DNA of 61,181 bases, the filler included, from an uncultured bacterium (GTDB lineage Bacteria; CAYJOG01), in assembly GCA_964371695.1 (NCBI GenBank). It is 11 parts of 11 records of this genome, joined end to end, with 100 filler letters (N's around TTAATTAATTAA, not from the genome) between each part and the next. Parts side by side here need not be neighbours in the genome. Positions count along the whole stretch, not along the records: positions 39,354 to 44,746 come from CAYJOG010000220.1; positions 44,847 to 50,237 come from CAYJOG010000221.1; 9 more parts are not named here. One strand, written 5' to 3'. The notes under the pieces were generated by a model that had not been told where the DNA came from, ran no database searches, and saw nothing but the letters and a program-made list of their open reading frames with translations. Both the position numbers and the translations under genes were made by a program. Shown one piece after another: positions 39,354 through 48,983 of this stretch; the first letter of the stretch is position 1, and each line of letters starts with the position of its first letter.

Positions 39354-40069
39354 GCCCAGTCCTTTTTGCTCAAAGGGGGCAGGGGACCCAGGGCCTTGAA
39401 GGTGGTGAGCGCCCCCATCTTGCCCCACCACTCGCTGGCGGCGGTTTCGTCTGCCGCCGCGCTTTTGGCCTCGGCCATCAGCGCAATGGCTGCGCCGCTG
39501 CTGGGATAAAGCGCCAGGGCTTCTTCGGCCCTGGTCATGGCCTCTTCGGGTTTACCTTCCTGCAGCAGTTCACCGGCTTCGTCGGCCATCAGGCTCACCT
39601 TTTCGCCCAGCACCTCCATGGCGGCGGCGCGCACCACGTCGCCCTTGGCCAGCGTGAGCGGATGCAGCGCCTTGAAACCCTTTTCGCTCTTGGCCTGCGA
39701 CAGGCCCCACACACAGGCGGCTTCCACTTCTTCTTTTCCGTCCTTCAGGCAGTCCACCAGGCCGTTCACGGCCTCGTCGGCGGTGGGCGACGCCACGGCG
39801 GAATATTTCACCGCCATCTGGCCCAGCAGCATGGCGGCGTTTTTGAGCAGCTTGGGGTCACCGCCCCGGCGCAGGCGGCTCAGGATGTCGCTCACCGGCG
39901 GCGGCTCCATCAGCGAGAGCTCCATTTTGGCGGCTTCGATTTCCTGGGTTGTGCCCCCCAACTGGTCAATGGCCTTGTCCGCCGGTGAACTGCAACCGGC
40001 GAGCAGTCCACCCACAAACAGGGTGGCCAGCAGGCCCAGATGGTGAACGAAGGGTTTTGTGTGCTTCAT
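39354..40069 (-). CDS. HEAT/TPR repeat lipoprotein (truncated)
   Basis: LAGC lipobox; HEAT-like helices then a TPR (EEALALYPSS). Confidence 0.7.
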
Positions 40070-40177
40070 GGCAGGCGATTATAGGGTTGTCATGAATCTG
40101 GTCCGCAGCATCCGGCTTTGGCCTTAAAACACCCTAAAAATGGGCAGGTTGGCCCGTTGGTTCTTAAAATCGAGCTA

Positions 40178-40303
40178 TTGCGGGCCATGGATGTCCCGCC
40201 CCAAAAGCCGAAGTGTTGAAAACACGAGGTTTTTGCCCGCCAAGGGTGGCTCTGCCCCCGCTGGCGGTAAGTTTTTAAAGTCCAGGAGGGACTTTATAAA
40301 CAG
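40178..40303. mobile_element. MITE-like modular hairpin element (partial)
   Basis: Same hairpin order as the reverse complement of 41524-41745. Confidence 0.7.
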
Positions 40304-40319
40304 ACTTTCAGGAGGAATC

Positions 40320-40514
40320 ATGGCCAACCCCGACGCCTATGTGGACAAAGACGAATGCACCGGTTGTGAGTTGTGTACCCAGACCGCGCCGGACGTGTTC
40401 CGCATGGACAGCAACAATCTGGCCGAGGTACACAACAGCAATGGCGCGGGCCAAGTGGTGATTCAGGAGGCCATGGACAGTTGCCCGGTGGAATGTATCC
40501 ACTGGAAAAGCTGA
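40320..40514 (+). CDS. Monocluster ferredoxin
   Basis: CTGCELC...APDVF...AMDSCPVECIHW; AGGAGG RBS. Confidence 0.93.
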   Translation: MANPDAYVDKDECTGCELCTQTAPDVFRMDSNNLAEVHNSNGAGQVVIQEAMDSCPVECIHWKS

Positions 40515-40521
40515 ACGCTTT

Positions 40522-41466
40522 TCACCACACCCGCCCGGCAAACCCCTCGTCGTCAGCCAGCGAAAATTGCACCGGCAGGCCGGTGGCCGGGTGGGCAAAC
40601 CCCAGGGCCACCGCCCTCAGCCACACCCGCTCCCCCGCCGCTTGCCGCAGCGCCGGTGGCAGACCTTGTGTTTTGAGCAATTGGGCGTTCAGCGCGGCCC
40701 CATAGGTTTTGTCGCCCAGCAGCGGACAGCCCAGGTGGGCCATGTGTACACGAATCTGGTGGGTGCGGCCACTGTGAATGGTCACCTCCAGCCAGTGTAC
40801 CGCCTCACCCATTTTCAACACACGCCAGCGGCTCAGGGCTTCGCGGCCCCTGGGTGAAACCGCCATGCGGGTGCGGTGATGAATATCCCGGCCAATGGGC
40901 TGGTTGATTTCGCCCTTTTCCGGCGGCGTTTTGCCCAGCACCAGCGCCCAGTAGGTTTTAGACACGGTGCGGTTTTTGAAGGCCGCCGCCAGGGCGTGGT
41001 GGGCTGCTTCCGTTTTGGCCAGCACCAGCAGGCCGCTGGTGTCCTTGTCCAGACGATGCACCACGCCGGGGCGCAGAGGGCCGCCCACGGGGCTGAGGGT
41101 TTTTCCCGCCGCCAGCAGTCCCTCTACCAGTGTGGGCGCGTGGGTGCCCGCCCCCGGATGCACCACCACACCGGCGGGTTTGTTCACCACCAGCAGGTGC
41201 GCGTCTTCAAACACCACCTCAAAGGGCGCGTCGCGGGGGTGCTCAAATGCCGGAGCGGCGGGCGGCGGCAGTTGCAGCGCAACGGTGTCGCCCGCCGCCA
41301 GTTTGCGGGCGGGGCGTTTTTCGGTTTCGCCGTTGACGCAGGCGAGTCCGTCGTTCACCCACTTCTGCAACTGGCTGCGGCTGTGGGCCAGTCCCTGACC
41401 CTGAGAGGCCGCCAGCAGGGCGTGGTCCAGGCGTTCGGGCCCTGTGGCGGTGAACTGGATCAGCAC
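40522..41466 (-). CDS. rluD: RluA/RluD family pseudouridine synthase with S4 domain
   Basis: RLD...SRSQLQKW, VVNKPAGVVVHPG, HRLDKDTSG, GRTHQIRVH. Confidence 0.9.
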   Translation of the reverse strand: MLIQFTATGPERLDHALLAASQGQGLAHSRSQLQKWVNDGLACVNGETEKRPARKLAAGDTVALQLPPPAAPAFEHPRDAPFEVVFEDAHLLVVNKPAGVVVHPGAGTHAPTLVEGLLAAGKTLSPVGGPLRPGVVHRLDKDTSGLLVLAKTEAAHHALAAAFKNRTVSKTYWALVLGKTPPEKGEINQPIGRDIHHRTRMAVSPRGREALSRWRVLKMGEAVHWLEVTIHSGRTHQIRVHMAHLGCPLLGDKTYGAALNAQLLKTQGLPPALRQAAGERVWLRAVALGFAHPATGLPVQFSLADDEGFAGRVW

Positions 41467-41523
41467 CGACACATTGTGGTGGCTTGGCTGACCAGGGACC
41501 AGCTTGTCATTCGTATACTTCTG

Positions 41524-41791
41524 GAACCTGTTTATAAAGTCCGTCCTGGACTTTATAAACTCACCGCCAGCGGGGGCAGAGCCACCCTTTGTTTGCCCGC
41601 AAAGTTCGTCCTGAACTTTGCGGGCTGGTTTTGCTTGGGCAAAGCCCGCGCAAAACCGGGAAATCCTTCCGTGGATTTCGCCCGGCAAAAACCTCAGTGT
41701 TTTCAACACTTCGGCTTTTGAAGCGGGACATCCATGTCCCGCAAGAGCCTGTTTGCAAACGAACCTTCATTCGTTTATAAACAGGCTCTTA
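41524..41791. mobile_element. MITE-like element, longest copy, with terminal inverted repeats
   Basis: GAACCTGTTTATAAA...TTTATAAACAGGCTCTTA enclosing about 8 hairpins. Confidence 0.75.
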
Positions 41792-41820
41792 GTGTGAGCC
41801 TCATTTCCCTCGATGGTGTC

Positions 41821-42978
41821 ATGTGGTCCAACCTGATGCGCCTGGGTCAGGGGCAGGCCAGGGTGATGACGGCGCGGGTGGAGGGTTTTCACGACGGCAA
41901 GGTGGTGTTGCGGGTGCAGGACAAAACACTGCTCGCAGAAAGCGAAGTGCCGCTGAAGGTGGGTCAGGAGCTGCGCTTGCAGGTGCTGGGCCAGCAGGAG
42001 GGCCGGGTGTGGGTGCGACCGGTGGCCACGCCCGGCGCACAAAACGTCAATCTGCCCGACCCGGTGGCCGAGGCCCTCGCCGCGCTGAACCTGCCACAGA
42101 GCGACACCACCGAGGCCGCCGTGCTCACCCTGCTCAGGGCCAGTCTGCCGGTGACGCCCAGGGCGGTGCAGCAGGTGATGACGTATCTGGAGCAGGGGGG
42201 CGACCCCAGCGCCCTGGCCCAGGTGTTTCACGACGCCAAACTGCTGGAAAACCTGCCGCCCGCCCTGATGGCCGCTCTGGGCCGGTTGTGGAAAAAACCA
42301 GTGCCCGGCGAAACGCCGTTTGCAGAGTCGGCGCACCTGCCCGCCGAAGACCAGTTGCTGCTGCACCTCACGCCTGACCTCCGCGCCAAGGCGGCGGCGC
42401 TGTTGAGTGGTCTTGCGCCCGAAGAACTGGCCCAGGAACTGGCGCAGGCCAGCCCCGAGGCCCGGCAAAAAATCGCCGGTCAACTGGTGGACAGCGCTCT
42501 GCGTCAGGCGTTGTTGCCCGCAGAAAATGGGCCGGACACCGCCGTGCTGGCCGCTTTGCTGCGGCAGACGGGCGATGCCGCCGCCTGGGCCGAGCAGGCA
42601 CGTCACGTGCTCAGTCAGTGGCAACATCAGCCGTTGCAACTGGCCCTGCCCAGCCCCGACCCCGCCGAAAAAAATCCGGTGCAGGTGGAGGTGAACGCCG
42701 CCGCCGGTGAATCTGGAGACATTGAGCTGGTGTTCAGTTTTTCACTCAGCGGCCTGGGAGACGTGCAGGCCCGGCTGAAGACGGGCAAGGGAGCGGGCGG
42801 GGTCAAGGCCCTGCTGCGCGCACGGGAGGGCCAGGCGCTGGCGGCCCTGCGTCAGGGGCTGGAGGAACTGAAGAACGAAGCCAGGGAGGCCGGGTTGCAA
42901 CTGGCCCCGGCGGTGGCGCGGTTGCCCGAAAAAGGCCACGCCCCAGAGGCGGAAGGGGGCCTGGATGTCAAAGTCTGA
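41821..42978 (+). CDS. FliK-like (hook-length control / YlqG-like) protein
   Basis: N-terminal VPLKVGQELRLQV beta domain; C-terminal LSGLGDVQARL...GLDVKV; precedes an FlhB-C homologue. Confidence 0.65.
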   Translation: MWSNLMRLGQGQARVMTARVEGFHDGKVVLRVQDKTLLAESEVPLKVGQELRLQVLGQQEGRVWVRPVATPGAQNVNLPDPVAEALAALNLPQSDTTEAAVLTLLRASLPVTPRAVQQVMTYLEQGGDPSALAQVFHDAKLLENLPPALMAALGRLWKKPVPGETPFAESAHLPAEDQLLLHLTPDLRAKAAALLSGLAPEELAQELAQASPEARQKIAGQLVDSALRQALLPAENGPDTAVLAALLRQTGDAAAWAEQARHVLSQWQHQPLQLALPSPDPAEKNPVQVEVNAAAGESGDIELVFSFSLSGLGDVQARLKTGKGAGGVKALLRAREGQALAALRQGLEELKNEAREAGLQLAPAVARLPEKGHAPEAEGGLDVKV

Positions 42979-43264
42979 GGCGGATGCCCCCCGGCACATC
43001 GAAAAGGCCGTGGCGCTGCAATATGACCCCGGCCAGAGCACCGCGCCGGTGCTGGTGGCCAAGGGAGCCGGTGAACTGGCGAAAAAAATCATCGCCCTGG
43101 CCAATGAACACCACGTGGCGGTGACGCAGGACGCAGACCTGGTGCAACTGCTGATGGCGCTGGAAGTGGGCGACCAGATTCCGCCGGAAATGTATCAGGC
43201 CGTGGCCATGGTGCTGGGTTATGTGTATCGCAAAAACCGGGAGTTGCTTCAGGCGAAGCTATGA
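42965..43264 (+). CDS. Stand-alone FlhB C-terminal-like protein (EscU/YscU/HrcU family, YlqH-like)
   Basis: KAVALQYD...APVLVAKGAGELAKKIIALA...IPPEMYQAVA. Confidence 0.92.
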   Translation: MSKSEADAPRHIEKAVALQYDPGQSTAPVLVAKGAGELAKKIIALANEHHVAVTQDADLVQLLMALEVGDQIPPEMYQAVAMVLGYVYRKNRELLQAKL

Positions 43265-43270
43265 GAGCGC

Positions 43271-44671
43271 TCAGTCTTTGGCCTTCACCGACAGGCCGTA
43301 GGATTTGAGCAGGCTGCCGTCGGCCTCCAGCAGCACACCCAGGGTGCGGTAAAACCCCACCAGGGTTTCGGCCTCGTTGATCTGGCTGGCGAGCAGGTCC
43401 CGCTGGGTCTGGGCCACCAGAAGCGGCGTGGAGGAACCGGCCTTGAACTTCGCGACTTCTGCGTCCAGCTTGGCCTGTTGCTGGCGGCGCGTGGCCGACA
43501 CCGCCTGCTGCTGCGAGCGGGCCAGTTCCACGTCCAGATAGGCTTGGCGCACTTCTTCTTCAATATGCTGCTCAAGGTTGCGGATGGCCAACTGGCCTTC
43601 TTTCACACTCAGCATGGTGCGGGCGTGACTTGCCTTTGCGGCGTTCTGGCCGTGGGGAAATTCCATCTGCACACCCACGGCATAACCACTGCCCAGGGGC
43701 AGCAGCGGGTCAGCCGTCTCAAACAGGTTCGACACCCTTTCCTGACGCGAAAGCGTGGCGAACACGTCCAGCCGGGGCAACAGGCCATCCGTCGTTTTGA
43801 CCACTTCCAGATCCCGCCGCTGGAGGTCCATCCGCGCCTGTTTCAGGTCGGGTCGCATTTTTTGGGCCGACTGAAGATGCCCGGCCAGAGGCAGCAGGCG
43901 GTTCGTGGCGGCGGGCAGTTCGGGGGCGAGGTGCAGGGATTTTCCCCAGTCGCTCTGGGTGGTCTGGTTCATCAGGCGGGCCAGCAGCAATTTGGAGCGG
44001 GACACCTCGCCCTGTGCGCCCAGAAGGGCCTCTTCCCGACCCGCCACCTCAGCCTGGGCCGCCACCCTTTCCACACCCGCCAGCTTGCCCACCTCAATCA
44101 GAAAACCTGTCTGGGCCAATTGTCGTCTGGCCACGGCCAGGGATTCCTGATAAATGGCCAGCTTTTTTTCGGCCAGCGCCACCCGCAGATAACCCTGCAG
44201 CACCTGCGACGCCACCGACAACGCCACGCCGCGCACTTCTTCCTGAGAGGCCGCCGTGGCCACCTGGGCCTGATGCACCCGCACCAGATTCACCACCTTG
44301 CCTGCGCCTTTTTTGAGAGGCAGTGTCACCCCCACCGAGCTGCCCAGCTCCAGGCCGGTTTTGCGCCCCGCCGGGGGAGAAGACGCCGCCAGACTCACCT
44401 GCACCGTCAGGCCCGTGCTCAGTTTGCGCGCTACTGAGACACGCCCGGAGGTGCGGCCCTGCACCTCACCACCCTCGCGGCGTAACTCAGCGGACACCAC
44501 CGGGTCAAAGTCTGATCGGGCAATGCGTTCTTCCAGACGCAGGCGCAGCGGCTCCAGGCTTTTGAGCTGCACCGAAAGGTTGTTTTCCAGCGCCAGGTAA
44601 AGGGCCTCTTCCAGCCCCAGCGCCGGGGTGGTTTTGGCCCACGCGCTGGTCTGCAACAGCAGGCCGACCAT
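43271..44671 (-). CDS. TolC family outer-membrane efflux protein (start uncertain)
   Basis: LEEALYLALENN, two OEP repeats, KFKAGSST...AQ.DL. Confidence 0.88.
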   Translation of the reverse strand: MVGLLLQTSAWAKTTPALGLEEALYLALENNLSVQLKSLEPLRLRLEERIARSDFDPVVSAELRREGGEVQGRTSGRVSVARKLSTGLTVQVSLAASSPPAGRKTGLELGSSVGVTLPLKKGAGKVVNLVRVHQAQVATAASQEEVRGVALSVASQVLQGYLRVALAEKKLAIYQESLAVARRQLAQTGFLIEVGKLAGVERVAAQAEVAGREEALLGAQGEVSRSKLLLARLMNQTTQSDWGKSLHLAPELPAATNRLLPLAGHLQSAQKMRPDLKQARMDLQRRDLEVVKTTDGLLPRLDVFATLSRQERVSNLFETADPLLPLGSGYAVGVQMEFPHGQNAAKASHARTMLSVKEGQLAIRNLEQHIEEEVRQAYLDVELARSQQQAVSATRRQQQAKLDAEVAKFKAGSSTPLLVAQTQRDLLASQINEAETLVGFYRTLGVLLEADGSLLKSYGLSVKAKD

Positions 44672-44940
44672 CAAACCCAAAACGTAGCGCAGGAGGAAAT
44701 CAGAAATTAAATATTTTTTACTCTTGCGGGGACGCTGTCCCCGCACNNNNNNNNNNNNNNNNNNNNNNNNNNNNNNNNNNNNNNNNNNNNTTAATTAATT
44801 AANNNNNNNNNNNNNNNNNNNNNNNNNNNNNNNNNNNNNNNNNNNNCCATCTGACGACGGGAGAGGGTAAAGAGCGGCGGCTTTTCTTTTACCCTCTCCC
44901 CTTCAATGGGGAGGGGGAGAGGCTCTGTGGAGGTGAGTCG

Positions 44941-46179
44941 CTACCCCTGCTCCACCGCGCCGGGGCAGGGGGCGCGCAGCAGGTGGCCGGGGGTGCTGCG
45001 GGTCACTTCGCAGGCCACGGCGCGCATGGCGATCCACGCCGCCGCCGCGCTCAGGCTGGTGCCCCCCAGGGCCTCAAACACTTCGTCGCCCATGGGTACA
45101 AAGTTCATGCCCGTGCTGTTCAGGTTGGCCACCGGGCCTTTCTCGGCGTGGTAGCGGTAATACCCCCCCACCGGCACACCGGCCATGGCCATCACCACCG
45201 TCTCGGCCCACGCGCCGTCCACCTGCTGGCAGGTGGGCACGGCCTCTTGCAGCAGATAATCACGCACCTCTGTTTTGCCCTTGCCGGTGCGCAGTTTGTA
45301 GCGGTCGCGGCTGTTGAGGGCCAGCAGGTCTTCGGGCCGTTCAATCACTTTCACCGACATGCCATAGGTGCCGCTGGCGCTCTTGAAGAACAGGCGCGGG
45401 GTCTCGGTCACGCCGTGGCGGCGATAGGTGTCGGCCAGCAGGTCCATGAGTTCCTGGGCGGTGTCGGCGGCGCGCTGCAAATCCTCGCGGCTGTCCACGT
45501 TCAGTTCATGCACGGCGCGGGTGTACACGCTGATCTGCCAGGGGTCCAGATTCAGCTTGGGGGCCAGTTCCATGGCAAAACGTTCCAGGTGCAGAAAGAA
45601 GGTGTCCTTGCGGCGGTTTTGCCAGCCCAGGTTGCTGTGGGGATAAAGCGGCTGGGTCAGTTCACCCGCAAGCAATCCCGGCAGCGCGCCAGAAAGATCA
45701 TGGTTGAGCAGCACGGCGTCGGGCCGCAGGTCTCCCACCCACAGCGTGTCGCCCTCGCGGCGCACGGCGGCGGGGCGCAACACTTCGCCCCCCAGGCCCA
45801 TCACTTCGCCGGGCAGGGGAATCTCCATCATCCAGCCCAGAACGGGGCTTAGTCCCGCCTCTTGCAGCACCGACAGTTGCGTGGCCACGTTGCTCCAGTA
45901 ACCGGTGTTGCGGGTGTGGGACTCTGGCAGCAGCAACACGGTGGCGCCCGGCCCCAGCAACATGCGGCTGGCCCAGGCCCTGAGAGACAGAGCGGCGCGC
46001 TGGCGGGCGTTTTCAGAAAGGTGGCTCCAGCCGGCGGGGAACAGGTTGGCGTCTACCACGCTGGCCTTGTAGGGGCTGATGCGCAGGTCAAAAGACGCCG
46101 CCCAGGGCGCGCAGCATTGCCACGCCAGGGGCAGGCCCGGCGGCGGCAGAATGGACTTGAGGGTGCTTTGCGTGGGCAA
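44941..46179 (-). CDS. gshA: Glutamate-cysteine ligase, ATP-grasp (Acidithiobacillus-type GshA)
   Basis: SFDLR...VDANLFPAG, PESHTRN, LLNHDLSG, LGWQNRRK, GTYGMSV, NLNSTGMNF; AGGAGG + TTG start. Confidence 0.82.
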   Translation of the reverse strand: MPTQSTLKSILPPPGLPLAWQCCAPWAASFDLRISPYKASVVDANLFPAGWSHLSENARQRAALSLRAWASRMLLGPGATVLLLPESHTRNTGYWSNVATQLSVLQEAGLSPVLGWMMEIPLPGEVMGLGGEVLRPAAVRREGDTLWVGDLRPDAVLLNHDLSGALPGLLAGELTQPLYPHSNLGWQNRRKDTFFLHLERFAMELAPKLNLDPWQISVYTRAVHELNVDSREDLQRAADTAQELMDLLADTYRRHGVTETPRLFFKSASGTYGMSVKVIERPEDLLALNSRDRYKLRTGKGKTEVRDYLLQEAVPTCQQVDGAWAETVVMAMAGVPVGGYYRYHAEKGPVANLNSTGMNFVPMGDEVFEALGGTSLSAAAAWIAMRAVACEVTRSTPGHLLRAPCPGAVEQG

Positions 46180-46343
46180 TATCGGCCTCCTGATGAAAAA
46201 TCCCCTTTTCGCCGGAGGATGAGGCGGGCGAAGAAGGGTCAGAGCTTTCCCCCGGACTTTCCGGGGGCAGGGCCAGATCACTGACAGACCAGATGATCGG
46301 TCAACATTTTAGCAGCACTTGTCGGGATCTCAAAAAGGCTGCT

Positions 46344-46847
46344 TTAATTTTTTCTCTGCCTTGACACGGAGAACCCGGGTATTTTTCTGAACCGGTCCAA
46401 ATCAAGGACCTGCACATTTTTGACATATTCAATCACCCAAGCCTTGGACCCCTCCTTCCTTAACCGCGACAACAACGTCTCTTTCCAGGAAAGAAGCAGA
46501 GGAGCGTCCAGGGGGTTGTCTGTTACAATCAAAACAATATAATCAATCGGTGCCTTATCCTCTGCAAGCAGGTGAAGGATGGTATAGCTGTCGCGGGCTT
46601 TTTCCACAAAGGCGCCAGTAAGCCAATCCTTTATTTGTATTTGCTCATTGATGCCCTTCTTGCTTTTTTGTTTCGTTCGGGTAGAAACATCTTTCACCTC
46701 AATAAACAGCATCCTTCCGTTATTCTCTAAAATGAAATCAACGCGCTTCATCCCCAAGGGCTGCGACTCCCCCTGGGTATCAAATTTTCTGGCACTTGAT
46801 CCAGCAGGAAAAGAGAATTCCAGTTCCTCTTCAACAAGCGTAACCAT
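46344..46847 (-). CDS. Small PD-(D/E)xK nuclease-like protein
   Basis: RVDFILENNGRMLFIEVKD (D-x10-ExK); AT-rich; 3 nt downstream of the ATPase gene. Confidence 0.6.
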   Translation of the reverse strand: MVTLVEEELEFSFPAGSSARKFDTQGESQPLGMKRVDFILENNGRMLFIEVKDVSTRTKQKSKKGINEQIQIKDWLTGAFVEKARDSYTILHLLAEDKAPIDYIVLIVTDNPLDAPLLLSWKETLLSRLRKEGSKAWVIEYVKNVQVLDLDRFRKIPGFSVSRQRKN

Positions 46848-46850
46848 TTT

Positions 46851-47912
46851 TCAGCTCCCTATGATTCGCTCAAGTTCTTTTTCAAGAACCGAAGAGTAAG
46901 CAGAACTTATTGGATTGCCTGTCAGATCCGCAAGGCTGCCAGAACTTCTTACAGAAAGAGAAGGGGCTTCTTTTTTTTCAAGGTGTACAGTTTCTTTGAA
47001 GAACCAGTGATACTGCAACTTGTCTTTGTCTGTTTTCTGAACCTCCAACTCCTTTGCAAGAATGTAGCTGTGGGTTGCCGCAAAAATCTGAACACCCTCC
47101 CTTTGGAGCTGTAGAAGGATTTCTGCCACGGTTTCGACCAGCTTCGGGTTTAAGTTTGCCTCTGGTTCGTCCCAGAAAAGGATGGCGTTGTCGGCCAATT
47201 GACCGTTTTGAACAAGCTTCCAAACAAGGGCGAGCTTGCGAAGGCCCTCTGCCACAAGAGGAAACTCCAATCGCCCGTTTTTATCCTTGAGAAAGAACTT
47301 CTCCCCGCGAACCTCAACACTGCCCGCCATTGATTTTTCGAGTATATTCATAAGATTCTTCCTTATTTTATCGGGTGGCCCAAGCGGAGGGGGAAGCAAT
47401 GCGCGTTGAATAATATCTACATACGTCTCCTCAAAAGGAAGATTTGCGGTGTAGTAAATAGAGCTGAAGCCTTCGGCGTGAGCCAACATTTCTTTAACTG
47501 GAATAAACGTGCATTTTGGAATATCTGTTGTCCAATCCTTTGGTTTCTCTTTAATTTCCTTTGGGTCTACACTCTTTGTGGAAAAATTTAATGAAATACG
47601 CTGACTTCCACGAAAGACCCTTATCGTGCAGGATGCAACGCCCGGCCCTCTTTTTGCCAGCCGCCCAAGGCCGTTGTCGGCTGGTCTGAATACTGAAACC
47701 AGCTTTTCTGAAAACAGGCGGGGTTGGCTTCCCAGCGAATAAGTAATGGCGGCGTATAAAACTTTTAAGAGATGGGTTTTTCCAGTTCCGTTCTCGCCAA
47801 TCAGCACGTTAAGGCCCGGCGAGGGACGCCAGTCAAGTTGCTCAAAACCGGTAAACTTGGTCAGGGATAAACGCGTTATTTTTGCTGAACTGGTTTTATT
47901 CTGACTACTCAT
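46851..47912 (-). CDS. ABC-type ATPase (AAA_15/AAA_21, AbiEii/OLD-like)
   Basis: Walker A GENGTGKT, signature-like AEGLRK, Walker B/D-loop LFWDEPEANLNP, H-loop ATHS; AT-rich; GGAGG RBS. Confidence 0.88.
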   Translation of the reverse strand: MSSQNKTSSAKITRLSLTKFTGFEQLDWRPSPGLNVLIGENGTGKTHLLKVLYAAITYSLGSQPRLFSEKLVSVFRPADNGLGRLAKRGPGVASCTIRVFRGSQRISLNFSTKSVDPKEIKEKPKDWTTDIPKCTFIPVKEMLAHAEGFSSIYYTANLPFEETYVDIIQRALLPPPLGPPDKIRKNLMNILEKSMAGSVEVRGEKFFLKDKNGRLEFPLVAEGLRKLALVWKLVQNGQLADNAILFWDEPEANLNPKLVETVAEILLQLQREGVQIFAATHSYILAKELEVQKTDKDKLQYHWFFKETVHLEKKEAPSLSVRSSGSLADLTGNPISSAYSSVLEKELERIIGS

Positions 47913-47936
47913 GGTTTCCTCCTTGACCAGTTCATT

Positions 47937-48950
47937 CTACTTGAACAACGCCCACACCAGGCGGTTGAGGACATCGGGCAATGCGCCCCACACCGAGGTG
48001 CTGCGCACATGGCTTTGCAGCAGTGTGTCGTCGGCGTCTTCGAGGGGCGGCAGGGGAAAACCGGCGGGCTGATAAACCCGGCGGGGGGTGAAGGTTCCCC
48101 CCTCGGCTTCCTTCAGAAAATCCAGCATGGCGCGGTTGAAGGCGTGGGGGTGAATCACCGCCGTGCCGTGGTTGACGCTTTCCATCACCACCAGATGACT
48201 GTTGGGGTTGTCGGTGTTCATCTCCAGGGTGTAGGGATAAAGAACGTCCGCCGTGCCGATGACCAGCAGCAGGGGTTTGCGCCAGCCCTTGAGCACCTCG
48301 CGGTGGCAGGGGCGGTTCACCACCACCTGGGCGGCGCGGGCGGTGGCCCCGCTGTCGGCGTGGTGCGACAGGGTGATGAGGTGCGCGCCCCGTTCTTCGG
48401 GCGGCACGCCCCAGCGGGCGCGGTCGGGGTGGTTGTCCAGGTGTTCCAGTCGGCCTTTCCAGTCAAAGCGGTCGTCACCCAGTTCGCCCCGCAGGTGATA
48501 AAGGCCAAACAGGAACTTGCCCGCCAGGGGCAGCTCTGATGAAAAAGTGTCGCACAGAGACAGCGACCGGGTTTTTTCGGGGAAGAGTCCCGCAAAGGCC
48601 AGGGCGGTCAACCCCCCCATGGAAAGCCCCGCCACGTGGGCCTCGGTGATGTCCAGCGCTTCCATCAGGCTGGCCAGCACGCGGGCGAAGTCCTCCACCG
48701 TGTGGCGGCCCTTCAGGCCGTCTGACAGGCCAAAGCCCGGTGTGTCCCAGCTCAGCAGGGTGAATCGCTCGCCCAGGGCCTGGCGCTGCTGCGCCCACAT
48801 GTGCAGGTTGGCCCCATAACCATGGCACAGCACCAGCACGGGGCCGCTGCCCTCCAGCCGGTAATGCACCCGCCCCGTGGGCAGTTCCATAAATCCCTGC
48901 GTGGCGTTGGCGGCGTTCAGTGCGAAGGCGGGCAGCGTGGTGGTGGTCAT
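47937..48950 (-). CDS. Alpha/beta hydrolase
   Basis: CHGYG, DTPGFGLS, GLSMGG nucleophile elbow, GTAD, NHG. Confidence 0.9.
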   Translation of the reverse strand: MTTTTLPAFALNAANATQGFMELPTGRVHYRLEGSGPVLVLCHGYGANLHMWAQQRQALGERFTLLSWDTPGFGLSDGLKGRHTVEDFARVLASLMEALDITEAHVAGLSMGGLTALAFAGLFPEKTRSLSLCDTFSSELPLAGKFLFGLYHLRGELGDDRFDWKGRLEHLDNHPDRARWGVPPEERGAHLITLSHHADSGATARAAQVVVNRPCHREVLKGWRKPLLLVIGTADVLYPYTLEMNTDNPNSHLVVMESVNHGTAVIHPHAFNRAMLDFLKEAEGGTFTPRRVYQPAGFPLPPLEDADDTLLQSHVRSTSVWGALPDVLNRLVWALFK

Positions 48951-48983
48951 GTCGGGGATTTTACAGCGGGTTGAAACCTGCGG

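Noticed and set aside
40140-41734. N-terminal extensions of ferredoxin and RluD sharing KGGSAPAGG (similar extensions on KdsA and PilT)
   Set aside because: They are translations of the non-coding hairpin elements; the true starts are downstream.
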